DNA of 45,220 nucleotides from Alphaproteobacteria bacterium (GCA_045605805.1 JAZUQR010000016.1:1-45220), one strand, 5' to 3'; positions 33,453 to 43,070 are shown, counted from the stretch's first letter. Notes: generated by a model from the sequence alone, not told the origin. Numbers and translations: made by a program.

Positions 33453-35357
33453 TTATGCTTCCAATGCTGAAATTCTCAATTCATTATTTCTTGCGATCAG
33501 CAAGCTTTCCAATGCAGCACTGCCAACCAAGCTTGTACCATAATTGCCCTTGAATGTGGGCTGTACCTCTGAATCAAATTCAATGTAGGTTGCACCATCA
33601 AAGGTTGCCAGGCTGTTCAATGCTATTTGGTCTGCAAGTGGTAAATCTTCTGTGGCTTCCTCGGCAAGTTCATATACTACTGTAATTGGATTTTCAGCAA
33701 GCCATTCTTTCCATGATGCAGGATTGGATGTATTGTAGTTTTCGTCATAGAAATACAAATTACCTGTGCTTGTTTCAACAGAAACACCTTGATTACAACC
33801 ATAAGTACCTGCTGAATTGGAAGTTGTTGCTTCATAGTGCGAACACAAAACGTTTGCTATTGTAGTAATGCCATCAGGCTTTTTGATAATATCCTTCAAT
33901 CCATTATATGAATTTCTATATTTTCCTGATTGTGAAGTTGCGTATACTACCCATTCTTCACTACCATTAAGCACAACACTTGCAAATCTTCTCTTAGTCT
34001 TGCCATCTTCAATCACATCCTGCACATCACCTTTTCCATTCAGTTCAATAGGCTGTGAAAAAGTGATGGAAGATTCGGTGTAAGGTTCGTATGTGCCATC
34101 TGCAACACTAGCTTCACGAATCATAGGATAGAATGTTGCGTTTACAGTTGCACCTTTGACAACTCTAATAAATAAGGCGAAATTTGTCATACTCTCTCTT
34201 TGTAAAGAAAATGTAGTACCTTCTCCAAATTCATACACACTCTGTACATAATCGCCACTATTTATAGAAAGTGCAAAGGTTGCAGCACTGCCACCATTAG
34301 GACAACCGCTAAGAATATATGATGTTCCGTACTTCAAATCTTTAATATCATAATTTCTTATCATATATGTTGCCATGTCTGTTGCTGTACCACTTACTGA
34401 AATGCTACCATCAGCATTTGGTTTAAATGTCACACCACAAATAACTTGGTTTGTTGCGTTGTGCTTAACTATATTCTTCCCATGTGTCTTAATTCCACTA
34501 ACCACAGATTTCTTGATTTCCTGTGGGTAGTTCGGTGAAGGTGCAGGGCTTCCACCGGTGTATGGCTCCCATGTATTACCTTCACCAACTTTGCTTATCA
34601 TGGGGAATACTGTATCATTATATGCTTTACTAGCACTTTGCCAAAGATGTATTGCGAATAGTTGTGTTATATCAGTGACAGAAAACGTTTGGTTGTCTTG
34701 GATGGTTTCTAACCACTCACCACTAGCATTTCTACGATATATAACGCAACCACCGCTGTTGAAATACTCTCCAACAGGTAAATTTATTGGTTCTGTTACA
34801 TAAAAACTAAATCCTTCGGTTGAAGTACCTTTTCTAGCAATACTTCCATCAGCATTTACAGTAAAAGTAACCCCTTTTTGTGTGGTGCTAGATGCAGTAA
34901 CTTTTAAAATATTTTTACCGGTGGTTGTTACCTGCTCACACACACCACCGATTTCAACAACTTCCACTCTGCCTTTTCTACTGTTCGGCATTTTGGTTTC
35001 TGTGGTTTTCACAACCAATTCCAAGGTGCCATCCTCGGCAATGTGATTTTCACCACCCTTGACGATTCCTGCCCTATCCTTGGTGCCGATATTTACCCCT
35101 GTGACAGCTTCTGCATTCTCGGCATATACTTTTGCCTGCTGTGCTGATGCCTGGGCTTCCTGGGCCTTTTTCAAGGCTTCCTGGGATGCTGTCAATGCTT
35201 CGCTTGCCTTGGCACTTGCTGTCTGTGCATTGGCTGTTGCACTGTTCTGTGCTGCCCTTGCCACTCCGTCAATCTCTTTGATTCCGTCATGGATGGATTG
35301 CCTTACATCCTTGCCATATCTTGCAGATAAAATCTGCTGTAAATATTTGCTTATCAT
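33453..35357 (-). CDS. Tail fibre / upper-baseplate-RBP protein (tip set B) with a duplicated carbohydrate-binding-like domain
   Basis: N-terminal SARYGKDVRQSIHD + Ala-rich coiled coil; two GKNI..GVTF..NADGSI..EPYT units; C-terminal PITVVYELA. Confidence 0.75.
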   Translation of the reverse strand: MISKYLQQILSARYGKDVRQSIHDGIKEIDGVARAAQNSATANAQTASAKASEALTASQEALKKAQEAQASAQQAKVYAENAEAVTGVNIGTKDRAGIVKGGENHIAEDGTLELVVKTTETKMPNSRKGRVEVVEIGGVCEQVTTTGKNILKVTASSTTQKGVTFTVNADGSIARKGTSTEGFSFYVTEPINLPVGEYFNSGGCVIYRRNASGEWLETIQDNQTFSVTDITQLFAIHLWQSASKAYNDTVFPMISKVGEGNTWEPYTGGSPAPSPNYPQEIKKSVVSGIKTHGKNIVKHNATNQVICGVTFKPNADGSISVSGTATDMATYMIRNYDIKDLKYGTSYILSGCPNGGSAATFALSINSGDYVQSVYEFGEGTTFSLQRESMTNFALFIRVVKGATVNATFYPMIREASVADGTYEPYTESSITFSQPIELNGKGDVQDVIEDGKTKRRFASVVLNGSEEWVVYATSQSGKYRNSYNGLKDIIKKPDGITTIANVLCSHYEATTSNSAGTYGCNQGVSVETSTGNLYFYDENYNTSNPASWKEWLAENPITVVYELAEEATEDLPLADQIALNSLATFDGATYIEFDSEVQPTFKGNYGTSLVGSAALESLLIARNNELRISALEA

Positions 35358-35375
35358 TTATCTTTTGCTCCCTTC

Positions 35376-37415
35376 TTATGTGATTGTGCATAGGCACCAT
35401 CTTTGCATCTGCTCATTGTAAACCCATTCAACATACTGTTCTGCTCCACCGCCAATGCCCATTTTGTTGCAAATAACAGATTCACCACGCAATTCATTTT
35501 CAGCTTTGATATTGTTGCCTGCTGTAATATCATTGCCTACTGTGGCATCATTGGTGATGTTTGCATTCTTGGCTGTCATGGTTTCATTCACCTGGGCATA
35601 CTTGGCTATCACAATTTCATCAAGCTGTGCATTCTTTCCGGTAAGCCAATCATTGGATTGTACGTTATTGCCTATAACATAGCCCTGTGAAGTGATATTG
35701 CCCTGTGCATCAACCTCTTTTGCAGTGATTTTGCCGGGAATGTTGATGTAGCCAAACTGCCCACCGGAACCTTCAGTGTTATAATCAATTCCATCTGCTG
35801 TAATCCACACTTCGTTTCCGTTTGAGGATTTAAGCACTATAACACCGGTATCATTTTCATTTGCCACAGATGCAAATATATCAACCCTTGTGTCCTCGCC
35901 TTTTTTAAGTGAGAATATAGCAGCATTAAGAAATGCCTTGTACAAATCACCTTCAGATATGATTTGGCATCCTTCAATGGTGAAACCTTTGATTATGTCA
36001 CCGGTCAGATTTTCAACCTTCACAGTTTTGGCTTCCGTAACAGCACCATAGATGAAATCAGCAACAATCTTGCCATCCATAGTCATTGCAAGTGCATATG
36101 GTCCTTTGTAGCCTTTAGATGAATAGCCAAGGCCATTGATATTCCACCGCCATACCTTTGTAGCTGTTTCTATATCGTCTGTGTCCATAATCAGCAATTC
36201 ATTTTGCGTTTTCACCACATAACCACCCATTGCAGAAGTAATCAGTGCTGTGGCATTTGCAACCGCCTGATTCAGAATGTGATTCGGTGGCACTATGCTT
36301 TCCACTGCCTTCCTGATTTCCTCGCTTACCGCATTGGATTTTGCAGAAAGTGTGGTTTTCTCATTCTTGCCAAGTGTGAATTTATCCTTTTCAGGATTGT
36401 TCAGATTCAAGGTCTGCTTTGTAAGTCTGAAATTCTTATTCATGCCATGTGGTGTGGATTCCACCCTGCACTGATCTGAAATCTTAAACCTTTCGACAGC
36501 CTTATCAGCAAAATGCAAATCCACAACCTTTGCTTCAATCACAACATTTTCAAACTGTGTTTCGGTCAAATACTGCTCGCCTTTCCGCTTCAGGGCTTCC
36601 GGTGTGGTTACATCATCTAAGGTGATGGTTTTGTAAATCCATCCATAAGAATTGACAGCATCCCCATTGTACACATAATCATATCCATTATTGACGGATT
36701 CGATTGTAAGCCTTGTTTCAAGCCCTTCCACAGTGCTTTCTTCAAGCTTTGCACCCAATGGGAGAATAGCTGTAGCAATGTCTGTAGAATCAATATTTGA
36801 CGTAAAATCCAACAGATTTTCACCAAGCCTGATTGCCTGGCTGTTGGTGTTTGGACTTTCTGCCAAATAATCAATATATCTTACACCGCCTTCGTGCCGG
36901 ATGCGGATTATACCACCCAAATCATCCACCAAATCTTCCTTGATTGCCTTCATGGTGCTTTCCATGTTGGTATAGCATGAAATATAATCATTTGAATCTT
37001 TAACAGTAACCTGGCCCACAGTGAACCGCTTTGATTCATCAACCTGGATGTTATGGTTGCCAATATAGGCTTCTAACAAGCCCCTTACTGTGTAACCTTC
37101 ATACCTTGCAGGCCTTTGGATAGAATCATTTAAAAAGGCTAAATCACCTTCACAATATATAGTTTTCTGATTGTAAAAATCTTTCTTTACTTCAATGCAC
37201 CGCCCACTAAATACAGGCTCCGCATCTTCATCAATGTATACAGATATAATTGATCTGTGTTTCTTGATAGTGTCATAATGCGGATGCCCCGGTGGAAGAA
37301 TAAATGAAAAAGAACCTGCCTTGTTCTCTTCCAATTTTGCAACCGGATTTATCAAGGCAAGTTCTTCTATTCTTGAATCGCACATCAAAGTATCATCACA
37401 TAATACTTTGTACAT
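35376..37415 (-). CDS. Tal / baseplate hub-spike B
   Basis: MYKVLCD, LGENLLDF, ATAILPLG, LDDVT; VWRWNINGLGYS..GPY..AMTMDG; beta-repeat C-terminus. Confidence 0.85.
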   Translation of the reverse strand: MYKVLCDDTLMCDSRIEELALINPVAKLEENKAGSFSFILPPGHPHYDTIKKHRSIISVYIDEDAEPVFSGRCIEVKKDFYNQKTIYCEGDLAFLNDSIQRPARYEGYTVRGLLEAYIGNHNIQVDESKRFTVGQVTVKDSNDYISCYTNMESTMKAIKEDLVDDLGGIIRIRHEGGVRYIDYLAESPNTNSQAIRLGENLLDFTSNIDSTDIATAILPLGAKLEESTVEGLETRLTIESVNNGYDYVYNGDAVNSYGWIYKTITLDDVTTPEALKRKGEQYLTETQFENVVIEAKVVDLHFADKAVERFKISDQCRVESTPHGMNKNFRLTKQTLNLNNPEKDKFTLGKNEKTTLSAKSNAVSEEIRKAVESIVPPNHILNQAVANATALITSAMGGYVVKTQNELLIMDTDDIETATKVWRWNINGLGYSSKGYKGPYALAMTMDGKIVADFIYGAVTEAKTVKVENLTGDIIKGFTIEGCQIISEGDLYKAFLNAAIFSLKKGEDTRVDIFASVANENDTGVIVLKSSNGNEVWITADGIDYNTEGSGGQFGYINIPGKITAKEVDAQGNITSQGYVIGNNVQSNDWLTGKNAQLDEIVIAKYAQVNETMTAKNANITNDATVGNDITAGNNIKAENELRGESVICNKMGIGGGAEQYVEWVYNEQMQRWCLCTIT

Positions 37416-38110
37416 TATAGGCTTCCCCCTATATAATCTACTGTAACAGTTCCATTGCCCCTGAAGATAAGCTTGTTTTCACCTTCCGGCAATATCACAT
37501 CATAAAGCTTCTGTGTTCCCTTCTTAATGATGAATGTCATACCTTCAAATTCCATTGTCATTTCTGCGGATGCTGTAATGGTTAAATAGGTTTGCTTTCG
37601 CTTGCCTATAACCACTATTTCTTCATATTCATCCACCACAACATTAGCAGCTTCATGGATATATCCAATTTCAAAATCAAATACATCCCACAGCCATTCT
37701 TCTGAAGTAGACTGCACATCATATTTGTAAGGCTCACAGGTGCCTTCAATCACAAGTGTTCCAAATCCTTTATTGGACTTAAATTCATTCACCGCAACCC
37801 TGCCGACATAATAAAAAGCACAATCATCATCAAAAGTGATTCTGAATTTCTTACCATGAAGATAATTCTGCACTTCTGATACTCTTGCACTCCACATATT
37901 CACCGGATCAATCACTGTGAATGTCATGGTTATTGGTCTGTCCTTGTATCTAACATCACCGGTAAGGGATTCCGTCAAATCAAGGGAACCATCACGCAAG
38001 GGAACCGCCACAAACTTTGTCTGTGGTGTAGGTGGGCTGATAACCTTGGATGATAGTATCAGGCCAAAATCTCTGTAGCTGTGCTTTTCGCCAATCATTA
38101 CACCATTCAT
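37415..38110 (-). CDS. Distal tail protein Dit-B
   Basis: MNGVMIGEKHSYRDFGLIL...DGSLDLTE...LHGKK..DDD...CEPYKY..WLWDVFDF. Confidence 0.85.
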   Translation of the reverse strand: MNGVMIGEKHSYRDFGLILSSKVISPPTPQTKFVAVPLRDGSLDLTESLTGDVRYKDRPITMTFTVIDPVNMWSARVSEVQNYLHGKKFRITFDDDCAFYYVGRVAVNEFKSNKGFGTLVIEGTCEPYKYDVQSTSEEWLWDVFDFEIGYIHEAANVVVDEYEEIVVIGKRKQTYLTITASAEMTMEFEGMTFIIKKGTQKLYDVILPEGENKLIFRGNGTVTVDYIGGSL

Positions 38111-38113
38111 TTA

Positions 38114-40249
38114 TCAAATCCCCCTTTCTTCCCTTCGTGCTAATTCTCCCAGGGCTTCATCCATCCCAGGTGCCAATTCGCCAATCAATGCCCCTGTATC
38201 TGTCACAAGCTGCATATTCGCCATTTGTGGCATGTATTCCATAAGGAATGCAAGAATATTTGCAAGAATTGCTTCAAGCCTTGCATTCTTGGCTGCAACC
38301 GCTTCAGAAATCATGTTCATCAATGTATCAGTACCACTTACCACTTCACTTCCGGCTTCACCGCCTGCCATTACCTGGCCAAGCTTATTGATGCCAAATG
38401 CTGTAGGTGAATTCATGATAATAGGATCATCCATAGCTTTCTTGTACCAATCAATGCCGAATGAAGGCACTGAAGGTGGATTCAAGCTGAATGAACCCCT
38501 GATATAAGGATGTGGCATTTTCAAACTTGGCAAGGACCATTGGAAATTGAAAAATCCCTTGATTCTATCAATGGCATTTTTCACTACATCCCTTGCAAAT
38601 GCCAATTTTGAAGAAATAGTATTGACAATGTTATTGAAAATGCTTGTTACCACATTCAAAATTCCATTAAATGCCTGTTTCCAATTTAGTGTGAATACAC
38701 CGGTCAAAAAGTCACATATGCCATCAAATGCAGGCTTCAGTGTGTAGGTCCATAACCTCTTAATATAGCCAAAGGTATGCTCTATCAATGGCTCAATCAC
38801 AATTTGGAAAACATTCTTGAAAATTGGCAGCAATATATTCTGTAGGAAATCACCAATGGCCTGGAATGCCGGTTTCAAATGGTTGTTCCATGTGTCACTG
38901 ATGCCGGACACTGCAACCTGGAAAAATGCTTGTATTTCAGGCATCTTTTGTGCAAATACACCGGCAATCCATACCACAATTTCATTGATTGTGTCAAATA
39001 TTGGCTTACCTACCGAATCCCATAATGTTTGAATCACTCCCCAGGCAATTCCAAAGGCTTCACCAATGAATGCCAATGTGTCCTGGAAGCTCACACCGGT
39101 ATTCAATAGATTCAGTGAAAAATAATCCCACAACTGCCCAAAGAGATTTTGACAGACTTCTAAAAGCTGCGGAAATACCGCAATCAATGCCAAGCCTATC
39201 TGCTCAATGATAAATGGTATCTGTGGCAACAAAATTTCCAACAGTGCCGGCAATGCTGCAACCAAGCCATTTATCAATGCCACAGCCCCTTCAATGAGTG
39301 GTGGAAGGATAGATTCAAACAATACAGGAAGCCTTTCGCCAATAATCGGTATGATTTGGCCTATGGCATCTGCTATTCCACCAAGGATAATTTCAACCCT
39401 GGGCAGTACATTATCTGCCACTGTGCTTGCACTGTCTACAAAATTACCAATCAGCCCGGACAGGTCCGCGTCCTCACTTCCAAGCCCGGTCAATAGGTTT
39501 TTCCATGCTGATTTCATGGATGATAATGAACCGGAAATGGTACTGCTTGCTTCCTTTGCTGTGGTGCCTGCAATGCCCATTTCTTCCTGAATAACATGGA
39601 TTGCGTCAACTACATCTGCATAGCTTTCTATGTCATATTCAATCTTGGATATTTTCTGTGCATCCTTCAGAAGCCTTTGCATTTCTTCCTTGGTGCCACC
39701 ATATCCAAGCTTCAGATTGTCAAGCATGGTGTAATTCTGCTTTGCAAAACCTTGGTATGCATTCTGTATGGATTCCATGGAAGAACCCATTTTGTTTGCA
39801 TTATCAGACATATCAACAATGGCCTGATTTGCTTTGTTTGCTGCTTCTGCTGTGTCACCATCAAGGGATTGCAGAAGGCTTGCAGAAAAGCTTGTGACAG
39901 TTTCCATGTACTCATTGGCTGACATTCCGGCTGATTTATACGCATTATCCGCATATTCCTGTACTATGGCTGCGGATTCCTTAAATAAGGTTTCCACACC
40001 ACCTACAAGCTGCTCAAAATCTGCATAGCTGTCAAGGGCTGACTTTCCCAGGGCAGTTATCGCAACAGTACCAACCGCAAGGCCTGTGGCCATTACTTTG
40101 CCGACTTTCAAAGCAGCATTACCAATCTTGCCAAATGCACTTGAAATCTTGCTTTGTGATTGCTCCGCATGATCTGTGGTTTCATCTATGGCCTGATTCG
40201 CACCGCTGTTATCTACAGCTATTGTTCCAAATAGCCTAAATAGTTCCAT
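38114..40249 (-). CDS. Tape measure protein B (711 aa)
   Basis: MELFRLFGTIAVDN; EQLVGGVETLF, QNAYQGFAKQNYTMLDNLKLGYGGT; amphipathic repeats; GEAGSE; ends ERGI. Confidence 0.9.
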   Translation of the reverse strand: MELFRLFGTIAVDNSGANQAIDETTDHAEQSQSKISSAFGKIGNAALKVGKVMATGLAVGTVAITALGKSALDSYADFEQLVGGVETLFKESAAIVQEYADNAYKSAGMSANEYMETVTSFSASLLQSLDGDTAEAANKANQAIVDMSDNANKMGSSMESIQNAYQGFAKQNYTMLDNLKLGYGGTKEEMQRLLKDAQKISKIEYDIESYADVVDAIHVIQEEMGIAGTTAKEASSTISGSLSSMKSAWKNLLTGLGSEDADLSGLIGNFVDSASTVADNVLPRVEIILGGIADAIGQIIPIIGERLPVLFESILPPLIEGAVALINGLVAALPALLEILLPQIPFIIEQIGLALIAVFPQLLEVCQNLFGQLWDYFSLNLLNTGVSFQDTLAFIGEAFGIAWGVIQTLWDSVGKPIFDTINEIVVWIAGVFAQKMPEIQAFFQVAVSGISDTWNNHLKPAFQAIGDFLQNILLPIFKNVFQIVIEPLIEHTFGYIKRLWTYTLKPAFDGICDFLTGVFTLNWKQAFNGILNVVTSIFNNIVNTISSKLAFARDVVKNAIDRIKGFFNFQWSLPSLKMPHPYIRGSFSLNPPSVPSFGIDWYKKAMDDPIIMNSPTAFGINKLGQVMAGGEAGSEVVSGTDTLMNMISEAVAAKNARLEAILANILAFLMEYMPQMANMQLVTDTGALIGELAPGMDEALGELARREERGI

Positions 40250-40278
40250 AAGGGCTTCACCCCCTTCTTTCGTATACT

Positions 40279-40304
40279 AAAAAAAGGCTGATAAAATATC
40301 AGCC
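40279..40304 (-). terminator. Rho-independent terminator between the two TMP genes
   Basis: GGCTGATA-TTT-TATCAGCC-TTTTTTT on the - strand. Confidence 0.8.
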
Positions 40305-40306
40305 CC

Positions 40307-42304
40307 TTAAATTCCTCTGCTTGTCCTTCTGTACATCCTGCCCATCCTTGCATCAATGGCAGGTGCTAATTCACCAACCAAGGCACCGGAATCAAGATAT
40401 ACTTTCATTCCAAGCATCTGTTCCAATAATTCAATTATTCTTGTTAATCTCGCAACCACCGCTTCATTGCTGATTGATTGCGGATTTCTCATTTGTAGTT
40501 CGTTCAAATCCTCGGCAACCCTGGATAGCCATGCCCGGTTATGTTCCAAAGGAACCACCGCTTCAGCACCGGTACCTTCTAACAAGCCCACCTGCCCTTT
40601 TTCAAGAATACCGCCCCTTGCAAGCCTGGGTAATGATAATGTTGGTACAGTACCCACATTGATTCCCGGCAACTTATTTGCAAGCCGGATTGCACTGTTA
40701 ATCATGCCAATGCCCCGGTTAATGGCATTCTGTACACCTGAAATAACACCATTCATGCCTGTTCTTACCGCATTTCCCATGGCAGTGCCTATTGATGTGC
40801 CTATGGTTGAAAATCGGCTTCTAATCTGCGACCATAAGCCACTGAAGAAGGAACCCCAACCACTGAAGGCAGACCGAATATTGCTCCATGCACTACGGAA
40901 TATGCCACCAAACCATGAAGCCACATTCCCAAATGCACCACGAATGCCGGACCATATGCCGGAAAAGAAGCTTCTTGCACCATTCCACGCATTACGAACA
41001 CCATTCCAAGCTGACCGGAATTGACTAGCAAACCATGAACCAACAGAAGAAAAGGTGCTTCTTATTCCACTCCAAATGCCCCGGAAATACGCACCGGCAG
41101 ATGCCCATGTATTTCTTATAGCTGTCCATGCTGTGGAGAAATAGCCCCTAATCTGTGTCCATGCTGTGGAAGCTTCCCTGCGGATGGATGCCCATGCACG
41201 AATCCAAAAATTGCGGAATCCTTCGACATTGTTCCATAGGTATACAAAAGCAGCCACAAGCCCGGCAATAGCTGCCACCACCAAGCCAATAGGATTTGCA
41301 AGCAATACTGCATTGAAGGCAAGCATTGCAGTTCTTACCACCCTGATGGCATTGGCCGCTGCTGTCATTATTCTTCCCCAGGAAATAATCAAAATGAATG
41401 TGCCTATTGCTGTGGTAGCACCAATAATCACACCAACCCAAGCTTGAATTGTGCTTTGGTTGCTCCTGATCCATGTAACCATATCTCTGAATCTATCAAT
41501 CATTGATACAAGAAGTGGTATGGCTCTTTCTGCCATGCTTGCGATTGCATTCCGTAATGCTGTCATGATAGGCTCGCCAATTCTTCCGACTTCTGCCATG
41601 GCATCTGACAATCTTTCCTGTGCCTGCCTTGAAGCAATAATATCCGCATTGGTTTCTTTATATTGAACAGATGCAGCACTGTATGTATCATTCAATGTCT
41701 TTACTATTAAATCTTGCCTTTCTTCCTCTGTGGCAAGACCGGCAAGCTTATCATTGAAGGATTCCACACTTATTCCTGACCATTCAAGGGCATCTGCAAG
41801 GCTCCCTTGCACTTCTCCCAGGGAAGCACTGTGATTGATACCTTCTGCCAATCCTTCCAAGGGCAATGATTCACCAAAAGTGGCATATACACCTGTTAGG
41901 ATATTTGTCAACCCTGCCAATTCTTCTTCATTGTCTGCTATTTGTGCAAGCTGTTGTGATGCTTCCACCGCTTGCCCTGAATCGCCAAGCACCGCATTCA
42001 ATTCTGAATATGTGGTTTTGGCTGCTTCTGTGCTTAGTCCAACAGTTAAAAAGGCAGATTCAAGCAATCCCATTTCTGCCCTGTATTCTCTTGTACCTTC
42101 TACCGCACCGATAAATGCACCACCGATTGCAAGCCCGGCTGTTGCTATGCCTGTTGCAACAATACCGGCTACCCTTCCAATTCTGCTAAATGCACTTTCT
42201 GTTTCATTGGCCGAATTGTTCGCCCTTGTGGTTGTATCTTCAAGTGCGTTGTTCGCTTCTGTATTGTCTATTGCTATTGTTCCAAGCAATCTAAACAATT
42301 CCAT
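40307..42304 (-). CDS. Tape measure protein A (665 aa, Arg-rich and Lys-poor)
   Basis: MELFRLLGTIAIDN; LANPIGLVVAAIAGLV; 11-residue W/F repeats; PRLARGG..GAEAVVPL; ends SRGI; directly after the tail chaperones. Confidence 0.9.
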   Translation of the reverse strand: MELFRLLGTIAIDNTEANNALEDTTTRANNSANETESAFSRIGRVAGIVATGIATAGLAIGGAFIGAVEGTREYRAEMGLLESAFLTVGLSTEAAKTTYSELNAVLGDSGQAVEASQQLAQIADNEEELAGLTNILTGVYATFGESLPLEGLAEGINHSASLGEVQGSLADALEWSGISVESFNDKLAGLATEEERQDLIVKTLNDTYSAASVQYKETNADIIASRQAQERLSDAMAEVGRIGEPIMTALRNAIASMAERAIPLLVSMIDRFRDMVTWIRSNQSTIQAWVGVIIGATTAIGTFILIISWGRIMTAAANAIRVVRTAMLAFNAVLLANPIGLVVAAIAGLVAAFVYLWNNVEGFRNFWIRAWASIRREASTAWTQIRGYFSTAWTAIRNTWASAGAYFRGIWSGIRSTFSSVGSWFASQFRSAWNGVRNAWNGARSFFSGIWSGIRGAFGNVASWFGGIFRSAWSNIRSAFSGWGSFFSGLWSQIRSRFSTIGTSIGTAMGNAVRTGMNGVISGVQNAINRGIGMINSAIRLANKLPGINVGTVPTLSLPRLARGGILEKGQVGLLEGTGAEAVVPLEHNRAWLSRVAEDLNELQMRNPQSISNEAVVARLTRIIELLEQMLGMKVYLDSGALVGELAPAIDARMGRMYRRTSRGI

Positions 42305-42313
42305 AAGCATTTC

Positions 42314-42655
42314 CTATTCCGGCATAAAGCCTTCTAACATCTTCCTTGAATCATTGATAATATTGCCTAACTCTTCATGTGACATTTCCTTTCCTTCATG
42401 CTGTGGCTGTTCAACCCTTCTCAAATATTCATCAAATGTCATGTTGAATACCTTATGAAGATAGTATTGCCACCTTATATCATGGATCTTTTCATCCACG
42501 ATTGCTTTCAGTATCTCTGCCACAAAATCGTACAACTGATGAATCCTTATAAATTCATCCAATATCAAAAATGGACTTGCATACCTTTGGGCTAGCAAGT
42601 CCACAAATCTGATATATCCTACCGATTGAACAATTTCATGACACGTTTGAAAAAA
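42314..42655 (-). CDS. Tail assembly chaperone, -1 frameshift extension (GT-like)
   Basis: The -1 frame is open from the slippery T-TTT-TTC (42655-42649) into the 42314-42604 ORF. Confidence 0.78.
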   Translation of the reverse strand, partial: FFQTCHEIVQSVGYIRFVDLLAQRYASPFLILDEFIRIHQLYDFVAEILKAIVDEKIHDIRWQYYLHKVFNMTFDEYLRRVEQPQHEGKEMSHEELGNIINDSRKMLEGFMPE

Positions 42656-43053
42656 TCCCTGAAATCCTCTTTCATTACCACTTCAAGAACCAATTCTCCA
42701 TAATCCGCAAAGGGCATCTTCTTAATCTCTGAAATCTTCATTCCGGTAACACTTGCCAAGAATGCCTGAATTTCTTCTTCTGCCTTGGGAATATTGGCAA
42801 CAATGATTCCGGCAATATCGAAAACAACACCAAAACCGATTTGCTCCACATTGCCACCCTTGAAATCTTCAAGCTTAAAGCACTCTTTAAACTGTCTGAT
42901 TCCTATGGCAGTGATAATCTTACAAATGGCACCCATATCGGATGCTACCAAAGGTCTTAATTCATATGCTTTTTCTATAGGGCCTGTTACATGTCCTGTT
43001 TCCCTAATTGAATTGAGTTCTTTCTCAATTACTGCATCAATAGTGTTTTCCAT
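42619..43053 (-). CDS. Tail assembly chaperone (G-like)
   Basis: Between the major tail protein and TMP; ends DFRDFFK at the slippery site. Confidence 0.82.
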   Translation of the reverse strand: MENTIDAVIEKELNSIRETGHVTGPIEKAYELRPLVASDMGAICKIITAIGIRQFKECFKLEDFKGGNVEQIGFGVVFDIAGIIVANIPKAEEEIQAFLASVTGMKISEIKKMPFADYGELVLEVVMKEDFRDFFKRVMKLFNR

Positions 43054-43070
43054 TGTTCAATCTCCCTTAC

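Noticed and set aside
29119-42304. Invertase/shufflon or DGR as the tail-switching mechanism
   Set aside because: All tail genes are co-oriented; no second recombinase or reverse transcriptase, and I saw no inverted crossover sites or TR/VR pair. Only short microhomology between the TMP starts (TTGGAACAATAGC), explicable by protein conservation
40356-42458. Long + strand ORFs antisense to TMP-A (and similar ones opposite the capsid and tail genes)
   Set aside because: Codon-mirror shadows with S/P/A-rich, motif-free translations
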